Shown here piece after piece: positions 1 through 9,710 of a DNA stretch of 64,000 nucleotides. The position numbers and the translations under genes are program-made. Every line of letters begins with the position of its first letter. The first letter of the stretch is position 1. Under the pieces are notes generated by a model, which was not told the DNA's origin, did not search any database, and worked only from the letters and a program-made list of their open reading frames with translations. Origin of the DNA: Bacillota bacterium (GTDB lineage: Bacteria; Bacillota; Clostridia; Oscillospirales; Acutalibacteraceae); assembly GCA_023391275.1 (NCBI GenBank), contig JAEWBE010000058.1:1411-65410 (forward strand). Reading direction: 5' to 3'.

Positions 1-41
1 ATAAGTACTCCTGCCTTATTATAATTTAAAAACCGATATTT

Positions 42-1574
42 TTAATTTGCATAGCAGAGTTTTAAAATTGTATCTTTGGAAATCATGGAGTCTGTCAGCT
101 CCCCGGATATTCTGCCTTCCCTCATTACCATCACTCTGCTGCACAGACCGGGCAATTCCTCTATATCAGAAGAAATAATTAAAAATGAAGTCCCCTGACG
201 GGCCATTTCTTTGATTATATTATAGATTTCGGCACGAGCGCCAACATCGACACCGCGTGTCGGCTCATCCATAATAATAAGTTCGGGGGTGCGTTTCAGC
301 CATTTTCCGATTACGACCTTTTGTTGATTCCCACCGCTTAGATTCAATATGTTCGTATTTTCACTGCTTGTTTTCACAAGCAGGCGCTTAATAATATCCT
401 TTGAAATCTCTGCGGATTTTTTTGCATCAACAATAGGCAGCCAGTTAAACGTTCTTGTATAAGAGAGGTTCGGAAGATTTACATTGAAATTTACGCTTCT
501 ATTCAAAACCAAGCCTTCGGTTCTGCGGTCTTCAGGAACCAACACAATCCCTTTATCGATGGCATGCTTAGGATGCTTGGGTGCAAAAGGTTCTCCATGA
601 TAAGCCATACTGCCGCTTTTGACTTTATCCGCGCCAAAAATCATTCTTGCAAGTTCGGTACGCCCCGCGCCAACCAGACCGGTGAGCCCCAGAACTTCCC
701 CTTTGTGAAGTTTAAAGCTTACGTCTTTTACTTTCTGCGCCGCGCAAATATGATCAACCTGCAGCAATACTTCCGCATTTTCGACTTTTTTAATTTCCTG
801 TTTTTCAGATGACAAATGGAATCCTGCGATTACGTCAATAATCTGATCCTTGCTGGTTTCATCCTTGCTCGAGTAAAATATTTTTTTCCCGTCTTTAAAA
901 ACTGTAAGTTCATCACATATTTCCATGATCTCATCCAGACGATGCGATACATAAACAATGGCAATATCCTGATTTTGCGTTAAATCCTTAATTACATCAA
1001 ATAACAGTTCCACTTCGGTTTCCGAAAGAGAAGCGGTTGGTTCATCCATTGCGATCAATTTAGCGTCCTGATACAGGGCCCTCGCGATGGAAACAAGCCA
1101 CTTATTTGCAACGCTTAATTCTTTAAGCTGAGTTGTCAGCGGGATGTTGAGTTTTAGCCTTTTGACTACGGCTTCAACATCCTTGTGCATTTTTCCCCAG
1201 TCGATCATACCTAAAGTCGTTTTTTTAGGCATGCCCAGCGTAATATTTTCAAGGATATTAAAATCTTCTATTAAACTTAGTTCCTGATGAATAAAGCTAA
1301 GCCCTAAAGCTGTTGAAGTGTGTGGGTTTGGAATTTTAACCTCTTGTCCGTTGAGAAAAATCTCACCGCTGTCCGGCATCTGCACACCGGCCAAAATCTT
1401 AATTAAGGTAGACTTACCGGCGCCATTGGCGCCGATAAGTCCGTGAACTTTTCCTTTTTTCACACACAAGCTAACGTGATCCAGAGCTTTAACTGCAGCA
1501 AACGATTTGGTAATCCCTTTCACTTCCAATAAAGGAAGTGTGTTAGTTTCATTTTGCTCAATTAAATCTTTCAT
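42..1574 (-). CDS. Sugar ABC transporter ATP-binding protein (RbsA/MglA family, two ABC cassettes)
   Basis: Walker A GANGAGKS, second cassette GLVGAGRTE, LSGGNQQKV and MDEPTRGVDVGA motifs typical of CUT2 monosaccharide importers. Confidence 0.93.
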   Translation of the reverse strand: MKDLIEQNETNTLPLLEVKGITKSFAAVKALDHVSLCVKKGKVHGLIGANGAGKSTLIKILAGVQMPDSGEIFLNGQEVKIPNPHTSTALGLSFIHQELSLIEDFNILENITLGMPKKTTLGMIDWGKMHKDVEAVVKRLKLNIPLTTQLKELSVANKWLVSIARALYQDAKLIAMDEPTASLSETEVELLFDVIKDLTQNQDIAIVYVSHRLDEIMEICDELTVFKDGKKIFYSSKDETSKDQIIDVIAGFHLSSEKQEIKKVENAEVLLQVDHICAAQKVKDVSFKLHKGEVLGLTGLVGAGRTELARMIFGADKVKSGSMAYHGEPFAPKHPKHAIDKGIVLVPEDRRTEGLVLNRSVNFNVNLPNLSYTRTFNWLPIVDAKKSAEISKDIIKRLLVKTSSENTNILNLSGGNQQKVVIGKWLKRTPELIIMDEPTRGVDVGARAEIYNIIKEMARQGTSFLIISSDIEELPGLCSRVMVMREGRISGELTDSMISKDTILKLCYAN

Positions 1575-1625
1575 TTCTTTTAATCCTTCTCCGAGTATCT
1601 CAAGTTATAATATTCCTGTGTATAA

Positions 1626-2630
1626 TTATTTTATTGCGTCCGGATGGTCTTTAATGAACTGCGCAACATTGTCTTTTGTGATAATAACCGGAGCAACTTC
1701 GGCTGCGACCGGCTTCCAGCTGTCCCCCGCTGCAATTGCCTGCTTCAGGGTTTCAACCGCTTTTGCGGCTTCCGCTGCTGCATCTTCCCATGCGGTTGCT
1801 GTCATCCAGCCATCCTGAATGGCTTTGATTGCATCTGCGTTACCGTTTTGACCGTATACGAGAACATCTTTTCTGCCTTGCTGTTTAAGAGAGGAAATTG
1901 CGCCAAGAGCAGGATCATCCCAGGAACCCCAAATTGCCAGTTTACCGGAACCTTGCGGGTGGGATGCAAGCCAGGCATTCGCATACTGAGCGCCATCCTG
2001 TAATGTGCCGGGAATCTTTACTTCATTTTTGGTCACTTTGATGCCCGGTATGTTTGCAACCACTTTATCAAGTTCTGCTTCTCTTTCTCTTGCAACTTGA
2101 CCGGTATGATAGGTGAGAGCCAAGATATCGCCTTTGTCTCCAATTTGTTCCTTCATCATTTTAACAATGGGAACCGCGAACAGGCCGCCGGTACCATTGG
2201 TGACCGCTACGCCGTCGCCCATTCCGCCGCCCCAGGTGGCAACCGGAATTTTCGCTTCCTTCGCAGCACGAAGGCCAGTCGCAAGAGATGTAGTCGGGAA
2301 CACCATGTCAATAATTGCATCTGCGCCTCTTGTAACAAAGTTCTGAATTGCGGAGTTCGCTTCATCCGCGCTGCCGTGCGCGTCGGTAACACTTACAGTC
2401 CAGTTGTATTTTGCCGCTGCTGCCTGTAAACCCTTAATGTAATTTGCATTGTTTGCGTCGGATGGTGAAATTGAAACAACTGCCAAGTCAAATTTTCCGT
2501 CAGAAGCTTTGCTGGCAGCGCCTGCCGCGCCGGAAGCCGCCGCCGGGGAGCCCGTAGAGCATCCGGTCAGTGTCAGGGATGCTGTTAAAAGAGCTGCCAT
2601 GGTAATTGATAATACTTTTTTCTGGAACAT
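1626..2630 (-). CDS. Sugar-type ABC transporter substrate-binding lipoprotein (RbsB/Peripla_BP_4 family)
   Basis: Lipobox LTGC, Ala/Ser-rich linker, type I periplasmic-binding-protein features; directly upstream of the ATPase. Confidence 0.88.
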   Translation of the reverse strand: MFQKKVLSITMAALLTASLTLTGCSTGSPAAASGAAGAASKASDGKFDLAVVSISPSDANNANYIKGLQAAAAKYNWTVSVTDAHGSADEANSAIQNFVTRGADAIIDMVFPTTSLATGLRAAKEAKIPVATWGGGMGDGVAVTNGTGGLFAVPIVKMMKEQIGDKGDILALTYHTGQVAREREAELDKVVANIPGIKVTKNEVKIPGTLQDGAQYANAWLASHPQGSGKLAIWGSWDDPALGAISSLKQQGRKDVLVYGQNGNADAIKAIQDGWMTATAWEDAAAEAAKAVETLKQAIAAGDSWKPVAAEVAPVIITKDNVAQFIKDHPDAIK

Positions 2631-2675
2631 ATTGTCCTCCTAAAATTTTATTAAATTAATTCTATTAATTAATTC

Positions 2676-3560
2676 CTAATTTGTTTTGGGCAAATAACTT
2701 TTTTCGCCCGGTGCCAAGCAAAGTTCCGCAACATGCAGATTTTCTTTTGTCGTCCACGACTGATATTTTCCCCAGTTGTTTGATTCATGCCCAATCACAA
2801 TTTTCTCCAAATTGCCGTTAGCTCTTTTTAAAATCTCATCGTAAGTTTTCATCATATTGAATGGAGAACCGACGCCCAGCCCGACCGGAACAAAAATTCC
2901 GTCATTGTTTATTCCTTTCAGGTTTTCATCAACATAAACTAAATCTCCCACCATAATCCAACGGTCGGGACCGCCTTTTTCCTCATTTTCAACAACGATC
3001 ATCTGGGAAGCATAGGTGTGTCCGTCATAGGCGGGATACAACTGAATACCCGGCATGAAATTTGTGCATTCCCCGTCGATTAAAGTCATCCGGCCTTCCG
3101 CCAGCATTTTCACCGCATTGACAATGTCGTCCGGGTTTAGTGCCATCTGGAGGCTGGAATACTTTTTACCCAAGCTCATTGCATCGATCCAGCCCAGAAG
3201 TTCTTTCTTCTGCAAATAAAAATGTGCATTGGGGAAGGCATCCATATTATCCATGTGATCATAATGCGCATGGGTAAATATTACAGTGTCAATGTCTTCC
3301 GGCTTAAGCCCGATATTGGCAAGAACCTTTTCCGGCGGATTCCAGTTTGTAATACTGTCTCTTTCCGACAGTTTCTTGGTGTATTCATTTGACGCGTCGG
3401 TGCCGACATCAATCAGAATGTTGTGACCCTCACCCTTAATCGCAAGATAAGTGAACGATAAGGTGCGTGTTCCTTTGTTGTGCTGCCCTGCCATTACACT
3501 GCTGATTGCCTGAACCGGCACATAAGCATACTCAAGCAGCCACATTGAATAATTTGCCAT
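2676..3560 (-). CDS. Metallo-beta-lactamase-fold hydrolase, N-acyl homoserine lactonase-like family
   Basis: THAHYDH (HxHxDH), GHT, GDLVY and GHE metal-ligand motifs in AiiA-like order. Confidence 0.85.
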   Translation of the reverse strand: MANYSMWLLEYAYVPVQAISSVMAGQHNKGTRTLSFTYLAIKGEGHNILIDVGTDASNEYTKKLSERDSITNWNPPEKVLANIGLKPEDIDTVIFTHAHYDHMDNMDAFPNAHFYLQKKELLGWIDAMSLGKKYSSLQMALNPDDIVNAVKMLAEGRMTLIDGECTNFMPGIQLYPAYDGHTYASQMIVVENEEKGGPDRWIMVGDLVYVDENLKGINNDGIFVPVGLGVGSPFNMMKTYDEILKRANGNLEKIVIGHESNNWGKYQSWTTKENLHVAELCLAPGEKSYLPKTN

Positions 3561-3602
3561 TAAGCTTTTCCCCTTCCATCCTTATAACATAAATAAATTA
3601 TC

Positions 3603-4625
3603 TCAGGCGGAATGTACTTTCCCGGTAGACTTTCGGACAATACATTCTGCATGCAATACTTCAGAAGCGCTGAAGGCGTCTTCTTCTCCGTTGATCTGTC
3701 TGATTAAAAACTCCACCGCTTTTTGCGCAATTTCCGTTTTCGGCTGCCGCATAGTCGTAATTGCCGGATAAATCATGAAGACATCGTCATGGCCAATCAA
3801 AGAAATCTCATCCGGAATTGCAATTTTTGCTTCCGACAGAGCCTGATAGCAGCCCAGAGCCAGAAGATCATTCGCTGTAAAAATAGCGGTCGGCCGATCC
3901 TTAAGACTCAGAAGCTGCTTCGTGCAGCCATAACCGGATTCTCCTGTAAAACCAGCCTGAACCAGCCACTCCGGCTGAAATGTAATATTGTTATCTTTCA
4001 GCGCCTGCTTATATCCTTCCCGTCTTCCTATGCATGTATTTAAATCCGGAAGACCGGTGATATGTGCAATTTTTCTGTGTCCCAAATCAATCAAATGCTT
4101 AGTGGCCATATAACCCGATTCAAAATTATCAATCGTTACGGAAGGAAACTGTTTATACGCGTCATCCTTTCCTACCATGCCGATCAGTACAAACGGGAAA
4201 TGCTCCTCATGCATTTTCATAAGTTGATCCAGGATTTCTTTGCTGTCCCCGAACGATGAAATAATCAGCCCGTCCACCTGTTTACTGCGAAGAAGATTAA
4301 TCATTTTGATATCGTTCCCTACGATATCATCCGTATTACAGTAGATTGTGGAGTACTTGTATTTTTTGGCTTCATCCTCTACCTTTCTCAGTAATTCAGG
4401 AAAATACGGATTACACACATCGGGTATGATTAAGCCTATCGTAGATGTTTTTTGCAGCACTAAGCCTCTCGCAATTGTACTTGGGCGGTACCCAAACTCT
4501 TCAATAATACTTCTGATTTTCTCCACTGTTTCTTTTCCTACGTCCGGTTTATTATTTAAAACGCGCGAGACAGTTGCCGTAGAGACATTTGCTTTCTGAG
4601 CAATATCTCTGATTGTCATTTTCAT
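3603..4625 (-). CDS. LacI-family transcriptional regulator
   Basis: MTIRDIAQKANVSTATVSRVLN helix-turn-helix; AGGAGGA RBS supports ATG at 4625 rather than 4679. Confidence 0.95.
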   Translation of the reverse strand: MKMTIRDIAQKANVSTATVSRVLNNKPDVGKETVEKIRSIIEEFGYRPSTIARGLVLQKTSTIGLIIPDVCNPYFPELLRKVEDEAKKYKYSTIYCNTDDIVGNDIKMINLLRSKQVDGLIISSFGDSKEILDQLMKMHEEHFPFVLIGMVGKDDAYKQFPSVTIDNFESGYMATKHLIDLGHRKIAHITGLPDLNTCIGRREGYKQALKDNNITFQPEWLVQAGFTGESGYGCTKQLLSLKDRPTAIFTANDLLALGCYQALSEAKIAIPDEISLIGHDDVFMIYPAITTMRQPKTEIAQKAVEFLIRQINGEEDAFSASEVLHAECIVRKSTGKVHSA

Positions 4626-4725
4626 CAAATTCCTCCTGACATCATTTGCTGGGACCTGCTTGTATCCGTTTAAGGACAAGAATGATGCGATTGTCTATTA
4701 TCACAATAATTTTTTTTAAAATTTA

Positions 4726-4767
4726 TTCGTAAACGATGCCGTAATCGCTACCGTAATCGTTTACGAA
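4726..4767. promoter_or_regulatory. Three overlapping LacI-type operators
   Basis: CGTAAACGATGCCG, CGTAATCGCTACCG and CGTAATCGTTTACG at a 12-bp period, each with central CG; outer arms TTCGTAAACGAT/ATCGTTTACGAA form a perfect inverted repeat. Confidence 0.7.
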
Positions 4768-5000
4768 GATTTGATGCTCATATGATATCCCTTTTTTAGT
4801 GTAAAGTCAATAAAAATAGTAACTAAATTAAAAGTCTTATCCTTTGACATTTTAAACAAATAAATTGCAGCTTTGATGTCTATTCTGCGTTCGATCCTGT
4901 CATAAATACAAAGAATAAGTAATAAATTTTTAAATTGCGAATTTTGAATTTTTCAGTTTTTCACTTTGTTCGCTGCAAAGTAAAATTTAATTTTGGCTGC

Positions 5001-5039
5001 AAAAAGGCCGCCCGTTCAATTGAAACGGACGGCCTTTTT
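5001..5039. terminator. Intrinsic terminator downstream of the rph-like gene (bidirectional shape)
   Basis: AAAAAGGCCGCCCGTT...AACGGACGGCCTTTTT hairpin with A and T tracts. Confidence 0.8.
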
Positions 5040-5130
5040 AATGCTTGATCGCCATTTTTTGGTTCTTTGATGAAACAAAGCTTTCCTATCCCCTCAGCGT
5101 CAGCTGATCGTCATCATGCCCTCTTTCACT

Positions 5131-7752
5131 CTACAGAATCTCTATATACCCTTCTGTTCCATTGACCCGAATTCTCTGTCCATCCTGAATCAATTTTGCG
5201 GCGTTTTCTACGCCGACGACGGCGGGAAGACCATATTCCCTTGCGACAACGGCGCCGTGAGTCATCATTCCGCCTACTTCCGTAACCAGTCCTTTAATCG
5301 ACACAAACAACGGCGTCCAGCTGGGATCCGTAAAAGTAGTAACCAGAATATCGCCTTCCTCTATGTCAGCGTCTTCCAGGTTCAAAATCACCCGCGCGCG
5401 CCCCTCTACAATGCCGGAGGAAACGGGTGTACCCGCCAAGGCGCCTTGCGGAATATTGCCGGTATCATATTCCCCGAATATAATTTCCCCATCGGAGGTA
5501 ATCACACGCGGCGGAGTCAGCTTCTCATAGACCTTGTAATTCGCCATCCTTTTTTCAATGATGCCGTAGTCCAGCTTTTTTGTTTTAATAACCTCACGAA
5601 GTTCTTCCAGCGTCAGATAATAGATATCTTCTTTTTCCCGGATGACGCCCTTCTGCACCAAAACTTCCGCTTCCTTTGTAAGGGCTTGTTTAATAATCCA
5701 ATCATACCAAATCAGGAGATATTTGTTGAACTCCCGGTAGCCGGCAAAGTTGCGCAAAACGCTGATTGCCTTCTTTGCCTTTTTGGCTTTTCTTTTGCCA
5801 AAGGGCTGTTTCACAAGGCGGCGCACAATATCCTGTTCCTTCTGCTTGGCGTCCGCAAGGCCCTGCTCAAACCGCATGCTGTGTGCGTTTGGCCCGTAAA
5901 CCTTGATGTTGCTGAGGATCATCGGAATGAGCAGAGTGGGTTTTTCATTCCAGCGTGTTCTTGCAATATCGATTTCCGCACTGCAGCGCATCCCATATTT
6001 TTTAAGGTACGCCTGAATGGAATCGCTCACGGCTTTTCCGCCTTCCAGCCCAGCCAAATCAACAAAGAAGGTTCCGTCATCGGCATGTTCAAAATATTCC
6101 ATTACCTGCGGATACTGCCGGACGACGTCCGCCACATCCAGAAGTTCAAGCCCCATTTCGGAAGTAACATTGTTCGATACCGATTGGGCAAGGGTGTCGG
6201 CCGCATTCTTTTCGTTCAGCCATTTCCGCAGGTTCTTATTAATCCAGGAAGAGGCATAGGCGCCCGCAAACACCACCCCGTAACTGTCCATCAAAGCATC
6301 CTTTATTTGCAACGTACTCTTTGAAATAAAATCAAACAGTTGCTCCCCGGAAAGATCGGCGGCCTGTTTCTCAAGTTCCCGCATCAGTGCGCTGTTGCGG
6401 GCGATGAAGCCTTCCGCAACGGCAGGGTCGTTTTCCCGGTAGTTTTTGATCGTCTTAATAAGCCAGCGTATCCAGATGGAACTTGCAACCATTGCAGTCT
6501 TTGTATGGTGCAGCGATTTTACAAAATCCTTTCGTTTGCTCAAATTCAAAAACGCATTTTGCATCAGAACATCGACGGTGGAAAGGCCTTTGACAAACGA
6601 TTTTCTTAAAATCGGCGAGCGGATTTCATTGGATGCTTCAATATACAGCCTTCCGCCAATCTGGTGCAGCGGCGAGCTGGTAATCTGTTTGAAAAAAGCC
6701 TGAAAAAAGGACATGCCGAGCGGCGATATGGTTTCCGTCATCATCTGCCGGTGGCCAAACGAAAAATACACGCGGTTTTTCCCGTCGCTGCTGTCCGGCG
6801 CGGGGTACAGGGTCGTGATTGGGCGGCTCTGAACGATATAGAATTCACCCTCATAAAAACACCATTCAATATCCTGCGGGCAGGCAAAGTATGCTTCTAT
6901 TTTTCTTCCTATGCCTTCAAGCTGCAAAATCCGGTCATCCGTCAGCGTCTGTGCATTCTGCCGTTCGGCCTCAATTTTCTGTTCCCTTGTGCCGCCTTCT
7001 TTTAATGCATAGATTGCCAATTTCTTGGCGGATATCTTTTTATCAATAATTCGTCCGTCACGTACTTTATAAATATCAGGATTAACCAGACCGGAAACCA
7101 GCGCCTCGCCAAGCCCGAAGCTGGCGTCAATGGATGCCACCTTCCGGTTTGAGGTAACGGGATCGGCTGTAAACAAAATCCCCGAAGCCTGAGGAAAGAC
7201 CATTTTTTGAATGACCACGGAAAGATAAACCTTGCGGTGGTCAAATCCGTTTTGTATGCGGTAGGTTACGGCACGGTCGGTAAAAAGCGAAGCCCAGCAT
7301 TTGCTGATATGCCGCAGGATCTCTTCTTTTCCTGTAATATTTAAATATGTATCCTGCTGGCCCGCAAAGGAAGCCGTTGGCAAATCCTCCGCTGTAGCGC
7401 TAGAACGTACGGCATAAGGTTCCCCATCGCCAAGCCTTGAAAGGCAGGCGGTAATTTCTTCGTCAATGTTCTTCGGAATTGACGCTGCTTGGATAACGTT
7501 GCGAATGTTCCCGCTGATTTCACTGATTCTTTCCCTGTCACCTGCTTTTAGATGGGACAACTGCCCGAGTAATAAGTTGAATTCTTCGTTATTCCCAAGA
7601 ATTGTTTTATATGCGTCGGTAGTAATACAAAAGCCATCCGGAACCCGTGTTCCCTCAATTCTTGAAAGCTCCCCCAAATTAGCGCCTTTTCCCCCGACGA
7701 TCGGGAGCTTTGTTTTATCAATGTCCTGAAATCCAAGTACATACCCGTTCAT
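5131..7752 (-). CDS. rph: Rifamycin phosphotransferase (Rph)-like PEP-utilising enzyme
   Basis: ATP-grasp N-terminus (VGGKGANLGEL, RSSATAEDL, FAGQQDT, QSRPIT), central substrate domain, C-terminal swivel phosphohistidine domain (THGAVVAREYG); 873 aa with no pyruvate-binding barrel, i.e. Rph rather than PpsA architecture. Confidence 0.8.
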   Translation of the reverse strand: MNGYVLGFQDIDKTKLPIVGGKGANLGELSRIEGTRVPDGFCITTDAYKTILGNNEEFNLLLGQLSHLKAGDRERISEISGNIRNVIQAASIPKNIDEEITACLSRLGDGEPYAVRSSATAEDLPTASFAGQQDTYLNITGKEEILRHISKCWASLFTDRAVTYRIQNGFDHRKVYLSVVIQKMVFPQASGILFTADPVTSNRKVASIDASFGLGEALVSGLVNPDIYKVRDGRIIDKKISAKKLAIYALKEGGTREQKIEAERQNAQTLTDDRILQLEGIGRKIEAYFACPQDIEWCFYEGEFYIVQSRPITTLYPAPDSSDGKNRVYFSFGHRQMMTETISPLGMSFFQAFFKQITSSPLHQIGGRLYIEASNEIRSPILRKSFVKGLSTVDVLMQNAFLNLSKRKDFVKSLHHTKTAMVASSIWIRWLIKTIKNYRENDPAVAEGFIARNSALMRELEKQAADLSGEQLFDFISKSTLQIKDALMDSYGVVFAGAYASSWINKNLRKWLNEKNAADTLAQSVSNNVTSEMGLELLDVADVVRQYPQVMEYFEHADDGTFFVDLAGLEGGKAVSDSIQAYLKKYGMRCSAEIDIARTRWNEKPTLLIPMILSNIKVYGPNAHSMRFEQGLADAKQKEQDIVRRLVKQPFGKRKAKKAKKAISVLRNFAGYREFNKYLLIWYDWIIKQALTKEAEVLVQKGVIREKEDIYYLTLEELREVIKTKKLDYGIIEKRMANYKVYEKLTPPRVITSDGEIIFGEYDTGNIPQGALAGTPVSSGIVEGRARVILNLEDADIEEGDILVTTFTDPSWTPLFVSIKGLVTEVGGMMTHGAVVAREYGLPAVVGVENAAKLIQDGQRIRVNGTEGYIEIL

Positions 7753-7775
7753 GCCGAATCTCCTCCCTATTCATT

Positions 7776-8441
7776 TTATCGGTAAAGAATCATTCGAAGA
7801 ATCCGCAGATATTCTTCCAGTTCTTCTTCAATTTCTTCATAGTGTGCTTTATAATCATCAAGTTCACTGCCATAATCCAGCAGCTTATCCGAAAATCCCT
7901 TTATGGTCCAGATAATGATATTGCATGCTTTCGATGGTTCAATATCATCCTTAAACAACGAAGTATCCGTATTTTGATAAATCTGAAGCATTAATTCTTC
8001 AAATCCACTGCTGAAATCCTTCGGCACCCCTTTGGGAAATACTTCGTTCAATGAAAAATATCCTTTTGCCAGAAATTTATAAAGTACCGGGTACTGAAAT
8101 GACAAGCGCCCGGCCAGCAGGGACACTTTCCGTATATTTTCCAGAAAATCTCCGCTTTCAAGTGTAACCTTCACATACTCACTTTTTACAGTCGTGACAG
8201 CATACTTTATCAGAAATATAAACAGCCCTTTTTTCGTTCCAAAATAGTGGAACAAAAGTCCTTTTGAAATACCTGCGTTCTTCGTAATTTCGTCTGTGTT
8301 AGCCAAGCTGTAACCCTTGGTAAATTCCTGCATGGCGGCTTGAATCAGGCGATTCCTTTTTTCTGCTTCCATGGCCATGATTTTATGGTCTTCAAGGGAA
8401 CACCAGTTCTGAGAATTCACATTGCTGTTTTGGCGGTCCAT
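7776..8441 (-). CDS. TetR/AcrR-family regulator
   Basis: ITKNAGISKGLLFHYFGTK helix-turn-helix; RBS GAAAGGTGAG before ATG at 8441. Confidence 0.9.
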   Translation of the reverse strand: MDRQNSNVNSQNWCSLEDHKIMAMEAEKRNRLIQAAMQEFTKGYSLANTDEITKNAGISKGLLFHYFGTKKGLFIFLIKYAVTTVKSEYVKVTLESGDFLENIRKVSLLAGRLSFQYPVLYKFLAKGYFSLNEVFPKGVPKDFSSGFEELMLQIYQNTDTSLFKDDIEPSKACNIIIWTIKGFSDKLLDYGSELDDYKAHYEEIEEELEEYLRILRMILYR

Positions 8442-8482
8442 AACCCTCACCTTTCCTGTCTTATGGCAAGATACACGGTCTG

Positions 8483-8541
8483 TTGACTTTAAAGTCAATT
8501 CACAGCAACATCATAGCACCGGTTGACTTCAAAGTCAACCG
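8483..8541. promoter_or_regulatory. Two palindromic TetR-type operators
   Basis: TTGACTTTAAAGTCAA (8483-8498, perfect palindrome) and CGGTTGACTTCAAAGTCAACCG (8520-8541) upstream of tetR-rph. Confidence 0.75.
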
Positions 8542-8631
8542 CGACAGCCGAATTTTTATTTTTTGATATACCCAATATAACGTATAAACTAACTCTGTTT
8601 TGCCGGCATTGAACCGACCCAAGGGTGGACC

Positions 8632-8644
8632 ATCATATTCTGCG
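8632..8644 (+). repeat. 13-bp direct repeat, left copy flanking the ars operon
   Basis: ATCATATTCTGCG, identical to 13002-13014. Confidence 0.55.
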
Positions 8645-8751
8645 CAAGGAAAAAGCCCCGGAATCCAAGCGAATGCTGCATTTCAGGGCTTTTAAGCTGT
8701 CTGGTAAAAAAACTCCGCGCTCTGACCGTGCTATACTAACTATGATTGATA

Positions 8752-8818
8752 TTGACATATAATTAGTGATGGTATATGATATAGATAATGATCAATATCA
8801 TATATAGATTTCTATATA
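8752..8818 (+). promoter_or_regulatory. sigmaA promoter and probable ArsR operator
   Basis: TTGACA-17-TATGAT (8752-8780); palindrome TATATAGA-TT-TCTATATA (8801-8818). Confidence 0.65.
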
Positions 8819-8832
8819 CTTTGGAGGCTAAT

Positions 8833-9162
8833 ATGGAAAAAAGCTATGCGGATTACGCCTTGCTTTTCAAAGCTCTTTCGGATGAAACGAGGTTAAAAAT
8901 CATTGATATGCTTTCCTGTGGGGAGCTTTGCGCCTGTGATATTCTAAAATCCTTTAATATTACTCAGCCCACACTGTCGTACCACATGAAAATGTTAACC
9001 GAATGTGGAATTGTAAACGGTGTTCGCGAAGGTGCCTGGATGCATTATACTTTAAATCATGAATGTACGGAGAGCATTTCAGAATACTGGAAACTGATAA
9101 CAAGTACAAAGACCGATTGCATTTGCCACAAAGACGGCGAACAAAAGGAAAGAAACTGTTAA
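8833..9162 (+). CDS. arsR: ArsR/SmtB-family repressor
   Basis: FKALSDETRLKI, ELCACD, SYHMKML; GGAGG RBS before ATG at 8833. Confidence 0.92.
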   Translation: MEKSYADYALLFKALSDETRLKIIDMLSCGELCACDILKSFNITQPTLSYHMKMLTECGIVNGVREGAWMHYTLNHECTESISEYWKLITSTKTDCICHKDGEQKERNC

Positions 9163-9320
9163 TCAGAATAGGAAGTGTGCCAGTTTACCAACAAAATATA
9201 AGGTTCGGAATTTTTTGGCCGCCTTCTGTTAATAGTAAGAACTAATTAATTTATATTGCATATCATAAATATAGATAATATTCTATGTTATAGAAAAGTA
9301 TTAATAAGGAGCTGTTCGTT

Positions 9321-9698
9321 ATGAGTAAAATGGAAATTTATGACCCGGCCATGTGCTGTTCAACCGGGGTATGCGGCCCTTCTGTAAATCCCGAACTGAT
9401 AAGGGTTGCCGCTGTAATCGAAAACCTGAAAAAGAAAGGAATTGAAGTGATTCGGCACAACCTGTCTTCTGAACCACAGACTTTTTTGAATAATCAGGCT
9501 GTCAACAGAGAGTTGAACGGCAAGGGGGCGGATATTCTCCCCATTACTGTTGTTGATGAAAAGATTGTGAAGAGAGGCAGTTATCCCACAAATGAAGAGT
9601 TTGCAGACTTACTCGGCGTTAATGTTGAAGAAATAAAAGCCAGAAGCGTTAAAGTAAAGGTCACTAAATGCAATTGCGGCCCCAAGGGCTGCTGCTAA
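9321..9698 (+). CDS. arsD: Arsenite metallochaperone ArsD
   Basis: YDPAMCCSTGVCGP signature and C-terminal CC. Confidence 0.95.
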   Translation: MSKMEIYDPAMCCSTGVCGPSVNPELIRVAAVIENLKKKGIEVIRHNLSSEPQTFLNNQAVNRELNGKGADILPITVVDEKIVKRGSYPTNEEFADLLGVNVEEIKARSVKVKVTKCNCGPKGCC

Positions 9699-9710
9699 AA
9701 GGAAATTATT

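Noticed and set aside
5116..6324. 402-aa plus-strand ORF
   Set aside because: Antisense shadow of the rph-like gene; no motifs or RBS
5131..7752. Calling the gene ppsA (PEP synthase)
   Set aside because: The phosphohistidine domain is C-terminal and there is no pyruvate-binding barrel
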